Positions 28,837-37,972 of a stretch of 64,000 nt of DNA are shown piece by piece (within the stretch, counting starts at the first letter, position 1; each line of letters begins with the position of its first letter). The stretch covers positions 1,031 through 65,030 of the forward strand of contig JAYVSC010000150.1 of assembly GCA_043775705.1 (NCBI GenBank). The letters are read 5' to 3'. Under the pieces are notes generated by a model. It saw only the letters and a list, made by a program, of their open reading frames with translations. It ran no database searches and was not told the origin of the DNA. The DNA is from Spirochaetales bacterium (lineage in GTDB: Bacteria > Spirochaetota > Spirochaetia > Treponematales > Treponemataceae). A program made the position numbers and the translations under genes.

Positions 28837-28901
28837 TCACCTTCAAAGGGGATTGGTGATGGGCGTGGTAACGCGCTCATGGTACCAGTTCCCTTTTTTT
28901 T
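28837..28901 (+). terminator. Leader terminator upstream of amtB with an overlapping ANTAR-type hairpin
   Basis: Stem 28848-28893 plus T8. The alternative hairpin TCACCTTC-AAAGGG-GATTGGTGA sequesters its 5' arm. Confidence 0.75.
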
Positions 28902-28923
28902 ATTTCTCATCGACTGGAGGTTT

Positions 28924-30525
28924 ATGATGAAGAAAATTGTTAAATATGTATGTATGGCCGCCCTTATTTCCTTGGGTATCAGCATGTATGCGGCAACGAG
29001 CAATGGAGCAGATCCGACCGGCGCCGGCTATGCGGCGGCGAGCGTCGCTCCGGACGCGACTGTCGCTTCCGTCGCCGCTACGGTTGGCCAGGTTTCCTTC
29101 GGGCTTAATTTTGTATGGATTATGCTCACCGGCTTTGCGGTATTCTTTTTTCAGTGCGGCTTCGCTATGGTCGAGACTGGGCTTTGCAGGACCAAGAACA
29201 GCTCCCATACCATGACAATGAACTTTATGGTGTTCCTTGTCGGCTGTATCGGATACTTTATTTCCGGTTTTGCCTTTCAGTTCGGCGGTATAAGCGCGTC
29301 CGGGCTTGCTCCATCGAGTCTTGGAACGGGCGTCGCAAATGCCCTGAACGGACTCGTTTCGATTCCGGGTCTCGGCGGAATATTCGGGACCAAGGGATTC
29401 TTCCTGAGCAGCGGCGGAACGTATGATGTCGGCATCTATGCGCTCTTTTTCTTCCAGATGGTATTCATGGATACCACGGTCACGATCCCGACCGGCGCCA
29501 TGGCGGAACGCGTCAAGTATTCGGCGATGATCATTACCTCCTTCTTTGTCTCGATGTTCTATTATCCGCTGTTCGGCAACTGGATGTGGGGCGGCGGCTG
29601 GCTCGCAAAGCTCGGCGTAACCTTCGGCCTTGGAAACGGAGGCGTTGACTTTGCCGGTTCCGCGGTAGTTCATGCGATGGGTGGAATGATGGCTCTTGCC
29701 GGCGCTATCGTGATCGGGCCGCGAATCGGAAAGTTCAAAAAGGATGGAACCGCAAGGGCGTTTCCCGGTCACCATTTGCCCATGGCGATCGTCGGAACTA
29801 TCATCCTGTTTTTCTGCTGGTTCTCTTTCAATGCCGGTTCTACCCTGAACGGTTCTGATCTTCGGCTCGCGGTCGTCGCAACCAACACCATGATTGCAGG
29901 CGCCGTCGGCGGTCTTGTCGCAATGTTTTTTGTCTGGACAAAATACGGGAAACCGGATCCGTCGATGACGATTAACGGCGCCCTTGCCGGACTTGTTGCC
30001 ATAACCGCACCCTGTGCTTTCGTTCCCGCTTGGGCCGCGGCATTGATCGGGCTTGTTGGCGGATTCTTGGTCTGTCTGTCCGTGCCTTTTATCGAAAAGA
30101 AGTGCAAGATCGATGACCCCGTCGGTGCGATCTCGGTTCATGCGGTTAACGGTGTATGGGGCGTCATTGCCCTCGGCCTTTTCGCCGATGGTTCCTACGG
30201 CGCCGGATGGGGAGGCGTTTCCACCCCGGTTACCGGGCTTTTTTACGGGAATCCGTCTCAGCTTCTAGCCCAGCTGGCGGTGGTCGCGGTTCTCGTTGTG
30301 TGGGGTTTCGGATTGTCCTTTGTCTGGTTCAAGCTTTTGGACCGGGTTTGGGGAATCCGGGTTTCTCCTGCAGCCGAGCTTGACGGTCTTGATATGCCGG
30401 AGATGGGCGCAGTCGGGTATCCCGAGTTTGCCGTCGCGAAAACCGGTCTTGATTATCCCCATCCGGATAATGCCGAAGTCCGGGAACTGCGGTTTGTGAA
30501 GGATATTTTCAAGAAATTGATATGA
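28924..30525 (+). CDS. amtB: Ammonium transporter
   Basis: FFQCGFAMVE, DFAGS...VHAMGG, RIGKF, WFSFNAGS, NGALAGLVAIT and DDPVGAISVH motifs. Start reassigned to the ATG after GGAGG. Confidence 0.95.
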   Translation: MMKKIVKYVCMAALISLGISMYAATSNGADPTGAGYAAASVAPDATVASVAATVGQVSFGLNFVWIMLTGFAVFFFQCGFAMVETGLCRTKNSSHTMTMNFMVFLVGCIGYFISGFAFQFGGISASGLAPSSLGTGVANALNGLVSIPGLGGIFGTKGFFLSSGGTYDVGIYALFFFQMVFMDTTVTIPTGAMAERVKYSAMIITSFFVSMFYYPLFGNWMWGGGWLAKLGVTFGLGNGGVDFAGSAVVHAMGGMMALAGAIVIGPRIGKFKKDGTARAFPGHHLPMAIVGTIILFFCWFSFNAGSTLNGSDLRLAVVATNTMIAGAVGGLVAMFFVWTKYGKPDPSMTINGALAGLVAITAPCAFVPAWAAALIGLVGGFLVCLSVPFIEKKCKIDDPVGAISVHAVNGVWGVIALGLFADGSYGAGWGGVSTPVTGLFYGNPSQLLAQLAVVAVLVVWGFGLSFVWFKLLDRVWGIRVSPAAELDGLDMPEMGAVGYPEFAVAKTGLDYPHPDNAEVRELRFVKDIFKKLI

Positions 30526-30603
30526 GCGCCCTTTTCGCCCATCTTGCGGCGAAAGGGTAAATCGTGTATATTTCAGTGACACGAGCTTCAAAAAGCTGTT
30601 TAT

Positions 30604-30637
30604 AGAGCCCGGTCGATTGGCCGGGCTCTCTTTTTTT
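30604..30637 (+). terminator. Intrinsic terminator immediately upstream of pyrG
   Basis: AGAGCCCGGTC-gatt-GGCCGGGCTCT followed by CTTTTTTT. Confidence 0.85.
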
Positions 30638-30665
30638 ATTTTTCTTGAAAAACGCGGGGGTGGGG

Positions 30666-32270
30666 ATGAAATCAAAATTTATTTTTATTACCGGTGGTGT
30701 TGTTTCATCACTGGGCAAGGGTATTACGGCGGCATCCATCGGTCTGCTGCTGAAAAGCCGCGGAATCAAGGTCGTAAACCAGAAATTTGACCCCTATCTC
30801 AATATCGATCCGGGCACAATGAATCCCTACCAGCATGGAGAAGTATTCGTCACCGAGGACGGCGGCGAGACTGACCTGGACCTTGGCCATTATGAGCGTT
30901 TTACCGACGTTCCCCTGCACCGGTTCAACAATACCACGGCGGGAAAGGTGTATCTTGCCATCCTCGACCGCGAGCGCGCGGGCGGCTATGCAGGAAATAC
31001 CGTTCAGGTGATTCCCCATGTAACCGATGAAATCCAGAACCGTATTTTACAAACCGCAAAGGAAACGGGGGCCGACGTCATTATTACCGAAATCGGCGGA
31101 ACCGTCGGTGATATCGAGTCCCTTCCCTTTATCGAGGCAATAAGGCAGATAAAGTACAAGGTCGGCAAGGAAGACTGCGTTTTTGTCCATCTCGGCCTTC
31201 TGCCCTACCTGAAGGAATGCGGGGAACTGAAAACCAAGCCGATGCAGCACAGCGTGAAGGAATTGCTCGGGTTCGGTATCCAGCCCGATATCATCATGTG
31301 CCGCAGCGAAAAGCCCCTGACCAAATCGATCCGCGAAAAACTGGGGCTTTTCTGCAACGTAGCCCAGGACGCGATAGTCGAAAACTTGAGCGCGAAATCA
31401 ATTTATGAAGTTCCCCTCATGCTCGAGCATGAAGGGCTTGGTAAAAGCCTCTGCAAGCTTCTGAACCTTCCCGACACCAAGCCGAACCTCGACGAATGGC
31501 AGGCGATGGTGCAGCGGTACTATCATCCCGAAAAGGAAATCACCATTGCCCTAGTGGGAAAATACGTTGAGCTTCATGACGCGTACCTCAGCGTCGCGGA
31601 AGCCCTTACCGCAGGCGGCATATTCCATAACGCCCGCGTCAAGATCGACTGGATAGACGCGGAGAAAATCACGAGCGCGGAGAAAGCCTCGGAGCTGCTT
31701 TCGAAAGTGCAGGGCATCATCGTCCCCGGCGGCTTCGGCGACCGGGGTACTTCGGGCATGGTCCTGACGGCCCAGTTTGCGCGCGTGCACAATATTCCCT
31801 ACTTCGGGATATGTCTCGGAATGCAGATTGCGGTTATCGAGTTTGCGCGCAATATCCTCGGCATGGCCGACGCCAATTCGTCCGAATTCAATACTTCGAC
31901 GGAATTTCCGGTAATCGACCTGATGCCCGACCAGCAGGGCGTCAAGCTCGGCGGAACTCTGCGCCTCGGCGTGTGCCGCTGCGTGATTACCGAGGGTAGC
32001 CTCGCGGAAAAAGCCTACAAGCTGCATGACATACAGGAGAGGCACCGACACCGGTACGAGTTCAATAACCTGTATCGGGACCAGTTCGAAGCCTCGGCCC
32101 TGAGACTGACGGGAAGGAATCCTGAGCGTAATCTCATCGAGATAGTCGAACTTTCAGATCACCCCTGGTTCGTCGGCGTGCAGTTCCATCCCGAATTCGG
32201 CTCGCGCCCGAACCGCCCGCATCCCCTGTTCAGGGACTTTATCGGTGCCTCGGTCAAGCTGCTTCCGTAG
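30666..32270 (+). CDS. pyrG: CTP synthase
   Basis: [40 protein letters not shown] and QFHPEF motifs. Confidence 0.98.
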   Translation: MKSKFIFITGGVVSSLGKGITAASIGLLLKSRGIKVVNQKFDPYLNIDPGTMNPYQHGEVFVTEDGGETDLDLGHYERFTDVPLHRFNNTTAGKVYLAILDRERAGGYAGNTVQVIPHVTDEIQNRILQTAKETGADVIITEIGGTVGDIESLPFIEAIRQIKYKVGKEDCVFVHLGLLPYLKECGELKTKPMQHSVKELLGFGIQPDIIMCRSEKPLTKSIREKLGLFCNVAQDAIVENLSAKSIYEVPLMLEHEGLGKSLCKLLNLPDTKPNLDEWQAMVQRYYHPEKEITIALVGKYVELHDAYLSVAEALTAGGIFHNARVKIDWIDAEKITSAEKASELLSKVQGIIVPGGFGDRGTSGMVLTAQFARVHNIPYFGICLGMQIAVIEFARNILGMADANSSEFNTSTEFPVIDLMPDQQGVKLGGTLRLGVCRCVITEGSLAEKAYKLHDIQERHRHRYEFNNLYRDQFEASALRLTGRNPERNLIEIVELSDHPWFVGVQFHPEFGSRPNRPHPLFRDFIGASVKLLP

Positions 32271-32287
32271 GTTCTTGCGTGCTGCAA

Positions 32288-35266
32288 TTACGGAATGCTG
32301 CCCTGCAGCGCATCGAGTTTTACCGTAAGGTAGATGCGGCTGTTTCTGACCAAATCGATTGATTCCACGCCCTGAAAATGATTTACTGCGCCGAACGCGA
32401 TTCTGCTTCGGCCCGCTTCCGCCTCAAACTCGAAACCCGCATACCAGTTCTTATCTATCAGTATATTGAACATAGTTCCGTTCCTAGGTGTCGCCGCCCC
32501 TGCGGCGGCGGTTCCAGACGAAATCAGTTTTTCCATATAGAAACGGCTGTTTATTCCCTTTGGAAGGACGAGGGCGGCCTGCACAATCGTTCTTCCCGGA
32601 TACAGGCAGTCAAGGCTTTCGCCCTTTGGATTTACGAGGGTGATTGGGAGCGGGGCAGCGGGCGGCAGATCAAACCAGCGCGAACGTATGCTGAGCTCTC
32701 CCTGCAAGTCCTTTGTTCCCGCGGCGGCCGCCGCGTTGACTTCCGCCGAGAGAAAGAGGGAAGTCGATATCGAAGGGAAGCGCGATACGAGCAGAGTCGG
32801 GGTCAGCTTGAATTTTAAAGCGGCATTAGTCCCCCTCATTTTACTTCGGTAAAGATCCAGACCGGCACTTCCCGTTATGCCCGTTTTCCAGGGGATTGCA
32901 TCCGAAGCCTTGAAGACTGTCAGGGCCGACCGTTCGGCGTTTGCCCGGACTCCCGTCACGAGGGAGAAGTCAGTGAGGTCCCGGTAAAAAGAGCGGCGAT
33001 AAAACGGGCACGAAAAAGAGGCGAGCCCCGATGACGATTCCCTGAAGATTTCCGCACGTGAATCGAGCGAGAGCTGCCTCTCGCCGTAGAGCATCAGTGT
33101 GCCTGTCTGAACCGGGAAGGAAGCGAATACGAACGCGTCGGCCTGATTTATTTCCGGATACCACTTTCCCCCGAGGGCGAGCATATTTCCCTGCGAACCG
33201 TTTTGGAGCGGGTAACCTTCAAAGATTGCGAAGGCTCCGGCTCCGAAGGCGTGCTCATTATCTCTCAGGGCAAGGTATCCGATTGACGGCATCCACAACG
33301 AAGGACGGGGAATATTGTAAAAGTTTTTTTCGTCCAGGAGTATGGGCTGAGTTGTGTCCATCCGTATTCCTTCGGTTCTCGGAAGCAGGATTTTATCCTT
33401 TTTTTTCTTTTCGTCTTTTTCTCCGCTCGGGTAGGGGGTGAAAAGGGGATAATCCGAGGCAAGGCCGCCAATGTTATATACGGCACCGGGACTCGACGGG
33501 CCAGGATAGTCAGGAATGGCACCCCATTCAGAGTCTGGTTTCATTTTCAGCACATAGCCGTTGCCGGAATAGGACGCATAGCAAATACCCTGCGCGGTTT
33601 TTTCCGCCCAGAAGGCGCCGACGGGATCGGACACAACCGGAGCCTTTTTGCCGTCACGGTATTCCCATACCTCAAGCCTGCCCCGCTCATTCGACGAAAA
33701 CAAAATGCTGCCCTCGGCGGTCCACACCGGATAGGCGATGTCGATGAGAGGTCCGTCCGCATTCACCAGGGCCTTGACCGCGGAGTCCGGAACGGGATAG
33801 GCGAATTCGTATGCCGGCATGGGCGCCGACGCAAGGATGGCCCGTTTCCCGTTAAGGATCAGAAATGATATTTCTTTTCCGTCAGGGGACAGGGCGGGCT
33901 GAATGTAGCTTTGCTCGTGCGACTCGAGAAGAATGCGTCTCTCTCCCGTCCTGATGTCGACTTTGACCAGGCGGTACCGGGTGTCAGAAAGCTCGACGGC
34001 GACGAGGGTATTTCCCGATCTGCTCAAGGCAGGCTGGAAAAGACTGCTTCCGCGCGTGAGCTGAACGAGACCGCTTTTTTCGCTCCATGAGTACAGATCC
34101 GTTTCCGCACTCGAGCCGGGCATGAGGTCTCTCCGCGCGCTGACCAGGGAGGCAATCACCCTTCCGTTTTCGCTTACGGTAAGGGAGAGCTCGTCCGCAA
34201 AGACGCCTTCGAAGAGAATTTTTTCTTCCCCGGTCGCGGGATCGAGACGGACTGCCGCGCGGTCCTTCCCCTTGATGTCGCGCAAAGTAAAGATGCCGTC
34301 GGAAGCTATAAAGGCCGGCCGGTAATAGTCGGAATTTAATGCTCTCGGGGTAATTGTTTTTCCCTCGGGGATTTTTCGTTCTTCTGCGTATTTTTTGGCC
34401 AGCGACACGCGTACGTCCTGGAAAATTTCTTCAACCGTCATTCCCGTGACGAGCCTGACCGCTTCCCCGTAATCCCTGCCGGCCGTCCGGTTCCGCTCGA
34501 TATCTGCAACGGCGGTTTTCCCCCAGCGATCCGAGATGCTCTGAATCATGAGGTAGCCCATGACGTATATTTGGCCGCGGGGCGGCATCTGCTCAAGCCC
34601 TATCTCATCGAAATGGAGAAAGGAGTTCTCGAGCGCGGGCGCTTTATAGTAGAGCTCGAAAAAGGGACTCCGCCCGCGCCCTCCGTCGGTCAAGGCGGTT
34701 TCAAGGTACGTGGTCAGTCCTTCCAGCGCCCATCCCGGAATTGCGGAGAAATTGACGATGTTCCAGAAAGGACCGAAAATATCCGAAACGGTGTGCTTTT
34801 TCCCCTCAAAGGAAAAATTGGCGATATGGGTCAGTTCATGGGTAAAGAACAGGGTGGACCAGTCTTCCCGGTAGCCGATGTCGGGCGAGAGGGGCGGGGT
34901 GGTAAAAAAGCCCATATACATGCTGAGCCCCTCGGCATAGGCATTCACCATGTCGGTTCTGCCGGTGACGAGCACGTCGGTCATTTCGGGCGGGGTGCTG
35001 TATATTTCGGAGAGTTTGTTCCACGCGGGGTCTGCCGCCGCGGCGAAGGCAGCGGCCTGAGCCTTTGAGGCGTCTTCATAGATAAACCTGAAGTGATTGG
35101 TCGAGGCCTGCTTCCATCCCCTGAATGGAGTTGTTTCCTCGGCTTGGAGCAAAGAGGGGCAGATGAGGGAAGCGCACAGCAGCGATACGCACAGCAGCGA
35201 AGCGTTCATGAGGGAGGCACTTACACGCGGCGCGTGAACACGATATTTATCCGATTGAGTTTTCAT
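32288..35266 (-). CDS. Large exported protein: gluzincin-like domain, TolB-like propeller and beta-rich C-terminus (start uncertain)
   Basis: HELTH...ALEGLT motif, PALSRSG and PALSPDG blades, and a signal peptide ending LLQA. Confidence 0.65.
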   Translation of the reverse strand: MKTQSDKYRVHAPRVSASLMNASLLCVSLLCASLICPSLLQAEETTPFRGWKQASTNHFRFIYEDASKAQAAAFAAAADPAWNKLSEIYSTPPEMTDVLVTGRTDMVNAYAEGLSMYMGFFTTPPLSPDIGYREDWSTLFFTHELTHIANFSFEGKKHTVSDIFGPFWNIVNFSAIPGWALEGLTTYLETALTDGGRGRSPFFELYYKAPALENSFLHFDEIGLEQMPPRGQIYVMGYLMIQSISDRWGKTAVADIERNRTAGRDYGEAVRLVTGMTVEEIFQDVRVSLAKKYAEERKIPEGKTITPRALNSDYYRPAFIASDGIFTLRDIKGKDRAAVRLDPATGEEKILFEGVFADELSLTVSENGRVIASLVSARRDLMPGSSAETDLYSWSEKSGLVQLTRGSSLFQPALSRSGNTLVAVELSDTRYRLVKVDIRTGERRILLESHEQSYIQPALSPDGKEISFLILNGKRAILASAPMPAYEFAYPVPDSAVKALVNADGPLIDIAYPVWTAEGSILFSSNERGRLEVWEYRDGKKAPVVSDPVGAFWAEKTAQGICYASYSGNGYVLKMKPDSEWGAIPDYPGPSSPGAVYNIGGLASDYPLFTPYPSGEKDEKKKKDKILLPRTEGIRMDTTQPILLDEKNFYNIPRPSLWMPSIGYLALRDNEHAFGAGAFAIFEGYPLQNGSQGNMLALGGKWYPEINQADAFVFASFPVQTGTLMLYGERQLSLDSRAEIFRESSSGLASFSCPFYRRSFYRDLTDFSLVTGVRANAERSALTVFKASDAIPWKTGITGSAGLDLYRSKMRGTNAALKFKLTPTLLVSRFPSISTSLFLSAEVNAAAAAGTKDLQGELSIRSRWFDLPPAAPLPITLVNPKGESLDCLYPGRTIVQAALVLPKGINSRFYMEKLISSGTAAAGAATPRNGTMFNILIDKNWYAGFEFEAEAGRSRIAFGAVNHFQGVESIDLVRNSRIYLTVKLDALQGSIP
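35141..35215 (-). repeat. Five degenerate 15-bp tandem units in the signal peptide
   Basis: SLMNA-SLLCV-SLLCA-SLICP-SLLQA. Units 2 and 3 are identical at 13 of 15 nt. Confidence 0.75.
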
Positions 35267-35289
35267 TACCTGCAATGATAGCACACGCG

Positions 35290-37341
35290 CTATCTTTGTT
35301 CGAGGAGAAGGTCGAAGGCGGCCTTTCGGGCATCGAGAAGGATAGCGTAGTCCCTTATGGGATCGGCAAGGCTGAATGCGACGTAGCCTGACTGCTGGAT
35401 TCCCGTAACGTCCCCCGGTCCGCGGATTTTCAGGTCTTCCTCGGCTATGACAAAGCCGTCCGTCGTCTCGTGCATCACCTTGAGCCTTGCCTTTCCGTCC
35501 TCGGTGAGGTTGGCGGCATAGACCAGGAAGCAGTAGGACTGAAGCACGTCTCGCCCGACCCTGCCGCGCAATTGGTGGAGGGCCGAGAGCCCGAAGCGTT
35601 CGGCGTGCTCGATCACCATGCAGGTCGCGTTGGCTACGTCCACGCCGACTTCAACGACGCTCGTGGCGACCAGTATTTTTGTCTTGCCGGAGCGGAAATC
35701 GCTCATGATTTCCCGCTGACCGATTTCGCTTATTTTGGAATGGATAAGGGCGATCGACATTCCCGGGAATACTGTGTCCCTGAGTGTGACGAACATTTCT
35801 TCGGCCGACTTGAGGCTTGCGTTTTCGCCCTCTTCGATAAGTGGATACACGAAATACGCCTGCCTCCCGGATGCGAGCTCCTTGCGTATGAACTCGTACA
35901 CTTTTGCCTCGTTGCCCTCGCGCGCAAGGTGGGTGATGACGGGCTTGCGGCCGGGAGGCATGGTGCGGATGACGGAGATATCGAGGTCGCCGAATACCGA
36001 CAGGGCGAGGGTGCGCGGGATGGGCGTAGCGCTCATCATCAGCATGTGGGGCGGCTTTTTGCCGGGGTTGCTTTCGGTTCCCTTCTCGATGATGGCCGAG
36101 CGCTGGAGGACGCCGAAACGGTGCTGCTCGTCGATGACCACGAGACGGAGATTTTTGTAGCGCACTCCGTTCGAGAAGAGTGCGTGGGTGCCGATGACGA
36201 GGTCTATGTTTCCCTCCGCGAGCTCGGCGAGGAGCCGGGCGCGTCCCGCGGCCTTCACGTTGCCGGTGAGGAACGCGAGGCGCACCCCTATCGACTCGAG
36301 GAGGCGCGCCGCGTTTTCCGCGTGCTGGCGCGCGAGGAGTTCCGTCGGCGCGAGGATGGCGCACTGGCCGCCCTCTTCGATGACGCGGAGACACGAGAAA
36401 AAGGCGATCAGGGTTTTACCCGAGCCGACGTCGCCCTGGAGCAGGCGGGCCATGGCTTCCCCGTGCGAGAGGTCTTTGTTGATCTCGTCAAGCACGGAGA
36501 TCTGGTCTGCTGTGAGCTGGAAGAGGATGCGCTCGGCGAGCCTGAGCTGCAGAGGGCCCAGTGGTTCCGTCTCCAACGGACTTTTAAGCGCGGTCGCGTC
36601 GGGTGGGAGGGGCTCCTCGGTATTGATGTCGGGAAGCTTTCCCCTGCGCTCGAGGGAGCGCTGCCCTATGGCGTACTCGAAAAGAAAAAGCTCCTCGAAT
36701 ATCAGCGCCCATCGGCCCCTCTCCGCGTCCGCAAGGGTTGCCGGATTGTGCATCAGGGCGAGTATTTCCTGCTTTGAGGGAAGTTTCCATGCGAGGCGCA
36801 CCTTCTCGGGAATTTCCGACTCGATGCCGCGGCCGTACTCGGTGAGTGCATGGGAAATAAATTTCCGCAGTCCCGTCTGGGTAAGTCCGGCGGTGAGGGA
36901 ATAGACGGGAAGCACCTTGGCGGCGGCCTCGTCGGCCATTTCTATCTCGAAACTGGAGGACTGGATGTTTCCGTACTTCCACTGAAAGGTGCCGTTTACC
37001 GCCACTTCGGAGCCGACGGGGAAGGCTTTTTCGAGGAAGGGCCTGTTGAAGCAGATCAGTTCGGCGAGGGTATCATCGTCGTCCCTGATGCTGATCTTGA
37101 GGGTTTTCATCCGGCCGAAGCCGAACCAGTCCTGGGAGGTGACCATGGCGCGGGTGTTTATTTTGTGCGCGTCGGCGAAGCGCGAGAGAGGTACCCTGTC
37201 CGTCCGGTCATCCCAGGCTCTCGGCCAATAGGAAAGAAGGTCGCCGACAGTTGTTATGCCGAGGGCGAGAAGCTGGGCTGCGGCGGCGGGTCCGACACCC
37301 CGAATGCGGGATACCGGAACCTGAATCTCGCGGATGAACAT
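35290..37341 (-). CDS. recG: ATP-dependent DNA helicase RecG
   Basis: LLQGDVGSGKT, DEQHRFG, MSATPIPR, VVEVGVDV, LHQLRGRVGR and DLKIRGPG motifs. Confidence 0.97.
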   Translation of the reverse strand: MFIREIQVPVSRIRGVGPAAAAQLLALGITTVGDLLSYWPRAWDDRTDRVPLSRFADAHKINTRAMVTSQDWFGFGRMKTLKISIRDDDDTLAELICFNRPFLEKAFPVGSEVAVNGTFQWKYGNIQSSSFEIEMADEAAAKVLPVYSLTAGLTQTGLRKFISHALTEYGRGIESEIPEKVRLAWKLPSKQEILALMHNPATLADAERGRWALIFEELFLFEYAIGQRSLERRGKLPDINTEEPLPPDATALKSPLETEPLGPLQLRLAERILFQLTADQISVLDEINKDLSHGEAMARLLQGDVGSGKTLIAFFSCLRVIEEGGQCAILAPTELLARQHAENAARLLESIGVRLAFLTGNVKAAGRARLLAELAEGNIDLVIGTHALFSNGVRYKNLRLVVIDEQHRFGVLQRSAIIEKGTESNPGKKPPHMLMMSATPIPRTLALSVFGDLDISVIRTMPPGRKPVITHLAREGNEAKVYEFIRKELASGRQAYFVYPLIEEGENASLKSAEEMFVTLRDTVFPGMSIALIHSKISEIGQREIMSDFRSGKTKILVATSVVEVGVDVANATCMVIEHAERFGLSALHQLRGRVGRDVLQSYCFLVYAANLTEDGKARLKVMHETTDGFVIAEEDLKIRGPGDVTGIQQSGYVAFSLADPIRDYAILLDARKAAFDLLLEQR

Positions 37342-37944
37342 CTACACCGGGAGGGAGGACAGCAGGGTATGCAGCTGGTTTACCCCGAATTGCAAACCAA
37401 GCCACACGAGAATCATGACTGCCAGGGTAAGGATCAGGGAGGCGCGGTAGCTCAGTGTATTGCCGTGATTGAAGAGATTCTTGAAAGCCCTGGTGACATA
37501 GGCGATGGGAGGATTCAGAAAGCGGTCAAGCATGGTCCAGAACTGGGAAAAACCATAGCGGTTGGCCAGATCGTAGATGAGGCGTATTGCCAGAAGAAGG
37601 ATAAAAATAATGAAGAAGAAATTAAAAAAGGACCAGACTACATCCAGCAGCAGCGCGAGGATGAAGCCGACAGTGATCCTTCCGGTTTGGCCAAGGGTAA
37701 AAAACGCCCTTGTTGCGACCGAGAGGACGCCGAGCGCAAGTATCGGAGAAAAATCAACGACCCCGACGCGGGTAAAGGAAAACCGGCGGAACCAGTTCAG
37801 GTAAGGGTCGCAGATACCGGCGATAATGCGGCCTGCCTGGGAGTTTTCGAATTGTGGAATCCAGGTCATGAATATACGCAGGAGACATACAAACGAGTAC
37901 AGGGAGACAAGGTAACTGCAGGTATAAAAGATTGACTGAATCAT
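37342..37944 (-). CDS. YggT-family membrane protein
   Basis: RIFMTWIP...ICDPYL...DFSPILAL pattern, duplicated. Confidence 0.85.
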   Translation of the reverse strand: MIQSIFYTCSYLVSLYSFVCLLRIFMTWIPQFENSQAGRIIAGICDPYLNWFRRFSFTRVGVVDFSPILALGVLSVATRAFFTLGQTGRITVGFILALLLDVVWSFFNFFFIIFILLLAIRLIYDLANRYGFSQFWTMLDRFLNPPIAYVTRAFKNLFNHGNTLSYRASLILTLAVMILVWLGLQFGVNQLHTLLSSLPV

Positions 37945-37972
37945 GGGTTTTTCCTTAAGTTGATAATTTTCG

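Noticed and set aside
28900-30141. 413-aa minus-strand ORF
   Set aside because: Antisense shadow of amtB.
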